Positions 59,175 to 64,000 of a stretch of DNA of 64,000 nucleotides are shown piece by piece. Source of the stretch: an uncultured bacterium (GTDB taxonomy: Bacteria; Fidelibacterota; UBA2242; JAFGTP01); the NCBI GenBank assembly GCA_964640055.1, contig CAZXFH010000009.1, forward strand, positions 11,220 to 75,219, in the 5' to 3' direction. The notes beneath the pieces were generated by a model. The model saw nothing but the letters and a program-made list of their open reading frames with translations. It did not search any database and had not been told where the DNA came from. Position numbers and translations under genes: made by a program. The number at the start of each line of letters is the position of its first letter. Within the stretch, counting starts at the first letter, position 1.

Positions 59175-60449
59175 ATGTATACCGAAAAATCCGTTAATCT
59201 CGTCTACTTATATGCTTTGCAAAGACGGGGCATCCGGCCGGGCTTGCATCGCATCAGGCAGCTGGTCGCCCACTTAAATGATCCGCAGCAATACTATCCG
59301 GTTATTCATGTGGCCGGCACGAACGGTAAAGGTACCACTTGCGCGATAATCACGGCGATTTTATCCCAGGCAGGCTTGCAGGTGGGATTGTATACCTCCC
59401 CCCATTTAAAACGCTTCCATGAACGTATTTGCATCAACGGGAAGTCTATTGATGATGCGGATATCAATGCTTTTATCCAACGGCACAAGCCGATTATTGA
59501 GCAGATCCAGGCCACTTTTTTTGAGGCCACCACAGCCCTGGCATTAGATTATTTTGCCCGCAAGCAAGTCGATATTGCGGTCCTGGAAGTGGGGTTGGGC
59601 GGCCGGTTTGACGCGACCAACATTGTGCAACCACAGATGACGGTTATCACTTCCCTGGCTAAAGATCATGAGGAATATTTAGGCAACAGCATTACACAGA
59701 TTGCCGCTGAAAAAGCTGGCATCATCAAGCGGAACGTGCCCTGTGTGCTGGCTAAGCAGAGTTCTGGCTTAAGACAATTCTTTTTCCGGAAGTTAAAGCA
59801 GATGGAAGTACCCTATCGGTATGCACCGGACTGCTACCGGATTACATCTGAAAAGAAATCCCTGCAGGGACAAAGCATCAATATTGCCGGTGGCAGGCGA
59901 AACTGGCCCTTGGTTTGGTTTCCCCTGGCAGGTGATTTTCAGTTAACCAATTTGCAAACCGCTTTAACCGTCATGGATGGATTACAAACAAATAGAATCG
60001 AAACTATGGCGATCATCAGGGGGATCAGGGCCACCAAATGGCCCGGCAGATTAGAGATGCTGCAGCAGGACCCGCTGGTATTATTTGATGTGGCCCATAA
60101 TCCGGCCAGTATCAAACAGGTGATCAAGACCGTTAGAGCGCTCTTGCCGGAACGAAAAATAACAATTCTAATGGCGCTTAAAAAAGATAAACAATATTAT
60201 TCTTTATGGCGCTATTTCAGGGCGCTTAATGGAAAAATATTTCTAACGGAAATACCAGGCGTGCAAAGCGTGCCGGCAGCGAATTTATATACTCATTTTA
60301 AACATCATATTGCAGCTTCGCGCCTTATATCAAACCCCGATTTAAAAGAAACCCTGCAGGCGATTCACATAAACCGGAAAGACTGTTTATTGATTTTAGG
60401 AAGCCATCACCTGGCATCCACTGTTTATCAGCATTATCAGGAGAAATAG
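59175..60449 (+). CDS. folC: Bifunctional folylpolyglutamate synthase / dihydrofolate synthase
   Basis: 'IHVAGTNGKGTTCAIITAIL' P-loop, 'LEVGLGGRFDATN', and a Mur-ligase C-domain. Confidence 0.8.
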   Translation: MYTEKSVNLVYLYALQRRGIRPGLHRIRQLVAHLNDPQQYYPVIHVAGTNGKGTTCAIITAILSQAGLQVGLYTSPHLKRFHERICINGKSIDDADINAFIQRHKPIIEQIQATFFEATTALALDYFARKQVDIAVLEVGLGGRFDATNIVQPQMTVITSLAKDHEEYLGNSITQIAAEKAGIIKRNVPCVLAKQSSGLRQFFFRKLKQMEVPYRYAPDCYRITSEKKSLQGQSINIAGGRRNWPLVWFPLAGDFQLTNLQTALTVMDGLQTNRIETMAIIRGIRATKWPGRLEMLQQDPLVLFDVAHNPASIKQVIKTVRALLPERKITILMALKKDKQYYSLWRYFRALNGKIFLTEIPGVQSVPAANLYTHFKHHIAASRLISNPDLKETLQAIHINRKDCLLILGSHHLASTVYQHYQEK

Positions 60450-60492
60450 CAATGCTGACCGTTGTGGTTTTCCGGCCAGCTGCAAATTTTAT

Positions 60493-60520
60493 TTGACAAT
60501 CAATGAAATATCGTTAAATT
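60493..60520 (+). promoter_or_regulatory. Putative sigma-70-type promoter of rho (TTGACA-16 nt-TAAATT) followed by an approximately 100-nt leader
   Basis: TTGACA at 60493-60498 and TAAATT at 60515-60520. A long AT-rich leader precedes the rho start at 60619. Confidence 0.3.
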
Positions 60521-60618
60521 AGCCACACAAGAACGAATTGACTTACTTCTACCTTCCTTTTTTGTTGAGAAACGTTTAGAGAATAATTAATTTAGAAAAA
60601 TTTTTAAAGGATTGAACT

Positions 60619-61878
60619 ATGGGAAAAGAGTTGAATATCTCTTACTTAAAATCTATGAAACTGAAACAGCTTACGGAATTGGCAGCCAAATATGATATTC
60701 CCAAAGCGAAAAGCATGAAAAAACAGAATTTGATCTGTAAGATACTGGAAGCGGATGCTAAAGAGAAGGGGCAGCTGTTTGCCGGCGGCGTTTTAGAGGT
60801 TTTGGACGAGGGCTACGGCTTTCTCCGCTCCCCGCAGTCCAGTTATATTTCGGGTTCCGATGATATCTATGTTTCGCCGTCTCAGATAAAGAAATTTGGT
60901 TTACAGACCGGACACGAGGTCTATGGTATAATCCGCCCGCCCAAGGATAATGAACGCTTTTTTGCCCTGCTGTATGTCTCGGCGGTCAATCTTATGGAAC
61001 CGGATAAGGTCAAGGAAGTCAAGTCCTTTGATGCGTTGACACCGCTCTACCCGGAAAGCCGGGTACAATTGGAAACCGATGCGAAAAACATATCCATGCG
61101 GGTAATGGACTTGCTCTGCCCGATTGGAAAGGGACAGCGGGGCTTGATTGTGGCTCAACCCAAAACCGGTAAAACGATTTTGCTGCAACAGATCGCCAAC
61201 AGTATTACCAGCAATCATCCTGAAATAGTCTTGCTGGTTCTGCTCATCGATGAACGGCCGGAAGAGGTCACCGACATGGAGCGCTCGGTAAATGCCGAGG
61301 TGATCAGTTCCACCTTTGACGAACCTCCGGAGCGACATGTTCAAGTAGCGGAAATGGTGCTGGAAAAGGCCAAGCGCATGATCGAGCTGGGCTACCATGT
61401 GGTTATTTTACTGGATAGTATCACTCGTCTGGCGCGGGCGCATAATGCAGTAGTGCCCCACAGCGGGAAGATCCTGTCCGGTGGTATCGATGCCAATGCC
61501 ATGCACAAGCCGAAACGTTTTTTCGGCGCTGCCCGTAATATTGAACAGGGCGGCAGCCTGACCATCATTGCCACGGCGTTGATCGAGACCGGCAGTCGTA
61601 TGGATGACGTAATTTTTGAAGAATTCAAAGGTACCGGTAACATGGAGCTGGTCTTGGAACGGCGTTTAAGTGACCGGCGTGTATTCCCCTCCATCGATGT
61701 GAACCGGTCCGGTACCCGTAAAGAGGAACTGCTTTTATCAGCCGCAGAATTAGCGCGGGTTTGGATCCTGCGAAAATTACTGAATGAGATGAATCCCGTG
61801 GAGGCTATGGAGTTTCTGATTGACAAAATGAAACGCACTAAGAGCAACCGCGAGTTTCTCAAGTCCATGAACCAGTAA
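60619..61878 (+). CDS. rho: Transcription termination factor Rho
   Basis: N-terminal '[19 protein letters not shown]', RNA-binding OB region '[14 protein letters not shown]', Walker A '[15 protein letters not shown]', 'SGTRKEELL'. Confidence 0.9.
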   Translation: MGKELNISYLKSMKLKQLTELAAKYDIPKAKSMKKQNLICKILEADAKEKGQLFAGGVLEVLDEGYGFLRSPQSSYISGSDDIYVSPSQIKKFGLQTGHEVYGIIRPPKDNERFFALLYVSAVNLMEPDKVKEVKSFDALTPLYPESRVQLETDAKNISMRVMDLLCPIGKGQRGLIVAQPKTGKTILLQQIANSITSNHPEIVLLVLLIDERPEEVTDMERSVNAEVISSTFDEPPERHVQVAEMVLEKAKRMIELGYHVVILLDSITRLARAHNAVVPHSGKILSGGIDANAMHKPKRFFGAARNIEQGGSLTIIATALIETGSRMDDVIFEEFKGTGNMELVLERRLSDRRVFPSIDVNRSGTRKEELLLSAAELARVWILRKLLNEMNPVEAMEFLIDKMKRTKSNREFLKSMNQ

Positions 61879-61897
61879 GCCTACCGCCGGATCTGAA

Positions 61898-62938
61898 TTA
61901 ACCGGCGTGCAGCAAGCGCACCATAAAAAGACTGACTCCGCCGACCAATAAACCAACGATCATATTCACCAATTTTATTTTAATAAAATCCTTGCGGGAG
62001 TGGGCTAGCAAGGGTAACATGCCATGTCCGTCCTGCACAATGGAACTGGCCATTAAAATGCTGAAGGGGATTAACCCTTTGGCAAACATGGTGACAAAGA
62101 TCATGTGCGGACCGGATTCGGGAATTAATCCTATCAGAACAGCCATACTGAGCACCAGGGCTTGACTCTGATGAATCCAGGCCTGTACATCAAATTTCGT
62201 GATCAGAATTTCCATAATCAGCAGGGCGCTGAAAGTCCAGGCCAGGATCCGGGGCAGATGTTTTTTAGCCACATGTTCCCATAAATGATCCTCTAAGAAA
62301 TGTTCCGGCACAGTGCTGACAATCAACAGACCCACCAGTGAGACCAGTAGCAAGGTGACGCGGACCCAATTCCATTCCGGCGGGCCGACCAATCCGGTAC
62401 TGACGGCTGCAAGGGCCAGAATCATGAAAGCCATTAACAGGAAGCGCTGGAGGGTTATGTGATGTAATTCCTGGAATAAACTCTGCTGGGGAAAGCATTC
62501 GCAATATTCAGCATGCAGGGGCAGTTCGTGATAATCCTGGTTAATAGTTTGTTTTTTCCCCGTGATCAGATCGGTCAGCATACCGGCAGCAATACCCACC
62601 ACCAGCAGGCCGCCGGTTAAAAGCAGATAGGTGCGCGGAATCATGGCCAGCATGACATAGGATTCATCCCCACTGGTCGCAATCATGGTGGTGATCAGTG
62701 CCCCAAGGGAAAATAAACGATGCGAATAGAGCGTTACGGCCATAAAAGCACCCAGACATCCCGGGATGATGCCCAGTATACCGCCCAAAAAATATTGTGT
62801 CCAGGGCCGCTTGAGCAGATAGACCTGCCAGCTACCCTGGGTTTGAACATTCAGATATTCGATCAACAGCATCATAATGAATACGAAAGCGGTGATCATA
62901 AAAGTATGCCGAGTGACATGCGTGATTATTTCCAGCAT
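61898..62938 (-). CDS. Internally duplicated integral membrane permease (DUF318/ArsP-like?)
   Basis: Two homologous halves ('…GGILGIIPGCLGAFMAVTLYS…GALITTMIATSGDESYVMLA' vs '…MAVLIGLIPESGPHMIFVTMFA…ILMASSIVQDGHGMLPLLA'). Eight to ten TM helices. Confidence 0.4.
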   Translation of the reverse strand: MLEIITHVTRHTFMITAFVFIMMLLIEYLNVQTQGSWQVYLLKRPWTQYFLGGILGIIPGCLGAFMAVTLYSHRLFSLGALITTMIATSGDESYVMLAMIPRTYLLLTGGLLVVGIAAGMLTDLITGKKQTINQDYHELPLHAEYCECFPQQSLFQELHHITLQRFLLMAFMILALAAVSTGLVGPPEWNWVRVTLLLVSLVGLLIVSTVPEHFLEDHLWEHVAKKHLPRILAWTFSALLIMEILITKFDVQAWIHQSQALVLSMAVLIGLIPESGPHMIFVTMFAKGLIPFSILMASSIVQDGHGMLPLLAHSRKDFIKIKLVNMIVGLLVGGVSLFMVRLLHAG

Positions 62939-62962
62939 AAACCCCCTCCCGCAATCATCTAA

Positions 62963-63838
62963 TTATCTTTTCGACTGAATATGGGCATTTTTCAAAACCA
63001 GACAGTCTCCGTGGCGATACCCGATATCCCTGGCAATTACCGGACATTTGATCTTCAAGATAAAGTAGATGTCCCGGTCTGTACTGCTCAGGGTTTCATA
63101 GTTGGCTTGGCCCTTGGCGATCACCACACTTGCCTGCTGAAAAGCTGTTTTGAATTCATCAGAGCAGGTCTTTAATAGGGTTCCCGGCATACCGGAACCA
63201 TTGTCAATCACTTTGACTTGCTCGGTTAAACCGGTCTCAAGGGCATCCTCCATGGTCGCATCATTTAAGATGGGGGCGCCCTTGACCGCATAGGTTACTT
63301 TTTCGGCGGGCATTTGTCCGATCAGCAGCTGGTCGAACACAATTTCACCGGCATTGTCACCCAGGATCAAAATCGACTTAGCCGGTTTGATCTCTTTCCT
63401 TAATTGAACGATATCCTTATCCTCGTAAAGAGTGGCCTGTAGACATTCCGTAATGGTATGATGGACATCATCTTCGTGAATGGCAGCATTGGACGCCATA
63501 TCGATAATATTACCGGCGATAGACATGCGTAAGGCGGCTTCAAAGGGATCTGCGGACTGGCGGACTCGGGCTCTTAGTTCAGGGAGAAGTTTAAGACAGT
63601 GGCGGTTAAACCGTTGTTTAGCATCATGATAGGGATCGACATCGCCAAAATGGAGCTGAATTTGATCAAACACGGTCTGGGTCAACTCCGGCGGGGACAG
63701 ATGATAATCCGCCTGGGAAAGAGTGGCCAGGACTTTGCGTATGATTTTTTCCTGAACAGCGCTATCCGCGGTCACCAAGCGGATCGCGGCCAAAGAAAAT
63801 TTGATAATACAGGGAATACATTCCAGGTAGGTTTTCAT
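62963..63838 (-). CDS. DUF89 / ARMT1-like damage-control phosphatase family protein
   Basis: N-terminal 'MKTYLECIPCIIKFSLAAIRLV' (CxxC) and overall length are typical of DUF89. Confidence 0.5.
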   Translation of the reverse strand: MKTYLECIPCIIKFSLAAIRLVTADSAVQEKIIRKVLATLSQADYHLSPPELTQTVFDQIQLHFGDVDPYHDAKQRFNRHCLKLLPELRARVRQSADPFEAALRMSIAGNIIDMASNAAIHEDDVHHTITECLQATLYEDKDIVQLRKEIKPAKSILILGDNAGEIVFDQLLIGQMPAEKVTYAVKGAPILNDATMEDALETGLTEQVKVIDNGSGMPGTLLKTCSDEFKTAFQQASVVIAKGQANYETLSSTDRDIYFILKIKCPVIARDIGYRHGDCLVLKNAHIQSKR

Positions 63839-63850
63839 GATAGTCGTTTT

Positions 63851-64000
63851 ACCCTTCGGATAATTGGGGTTGGTGATAATTCAGCATATGGTAAAACAGT
63901 GCTTTGATATCATGGGTCAGTCCGGGCTCCCGGTCCAGGAGATAGGCGATAAAACGGGCCCCTCCGGCATAAAAAGAAACCCGGCCATAGGATTGCTGTA
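63851..64000 (-). CDS. 3' end of an unidentified CDS entering from the right edge (…HDIKALFYHMLNYHQPQLSEG*)
   Basis: Open frame on the minus strand with its stop (TAA) at about 63851-63853. Partial; no motif recognised. Confidence 0.3.

Overview
This is a gene-dense bacterial chromosomal segment of about 48% GC with no rRNA, tRNA, CRISPR array, transposase or integrase that I can see. Most genes are core metabolism and housekeeping.

Genes I can assign with reasonable support:
- Central metabolism: enolase, 2,3-bisphosphoglycerate-independent phosphoglycerate mutase, single-chain pyruvate:ferredoxin oxidoreductase, a PPi-type phosphofructokinase, and a phosphate butyryltransferase/butyrate kinase pair.
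- Information processing and cell wall: Rho, RecO, archaeal-type ProRS, RsmE, FolC, an Mpl/MurC-family ligase, an AmiC-like amidase, FtsB, LpxH and a rhomboid protease.
- Accessory-like islands: a PadR plus ABC transporter module, a Tat-sulfatase with its radical-SAM maturase, an exopolysaccharide cluster with two tandem Wzx-like flippases and four glycosyltransferases, and a Na/Pi symporter plus PhoU pair.

Several features point to a Fibrobacteres-Chlorobi-Bacteroidetes-group (FCB) or related candidate-phylum organism, probably from a metagenome-assembled genome: a short roughly 285-residue RpoD-like sigma factor, a periplasmic-TPR sensor with a C-terminal Cys-rich ICxxCKKIRDDKGYW motif, a PorP/SprF-like small beta-barrel, and the archaeal-type ProRS.

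No complete, recognisable novel system such as a defence island or secretion apparatus is evident. The most unusual loci are:
- an envelope operon of outer-membrane beta-barrel, HExxH lipoprotein and TPR/Cys4 sensor (6556-10123);
- an orphan MotA-type stator gene followed by a beta-barrel and a large secreted protein with degenerate ComEA-like HhH motifs (52405-56074);
- an 850-bp structured non-coding region upstream of enolase that may hold an RNA gene (49780-50629);
- an apparent +1 frameshift inside the sigma-70 gene at a GGGG run (about 28197);
- a radical-SAM sulfatase maturase carrying a C-terminal SEC-C metal-binding tail.
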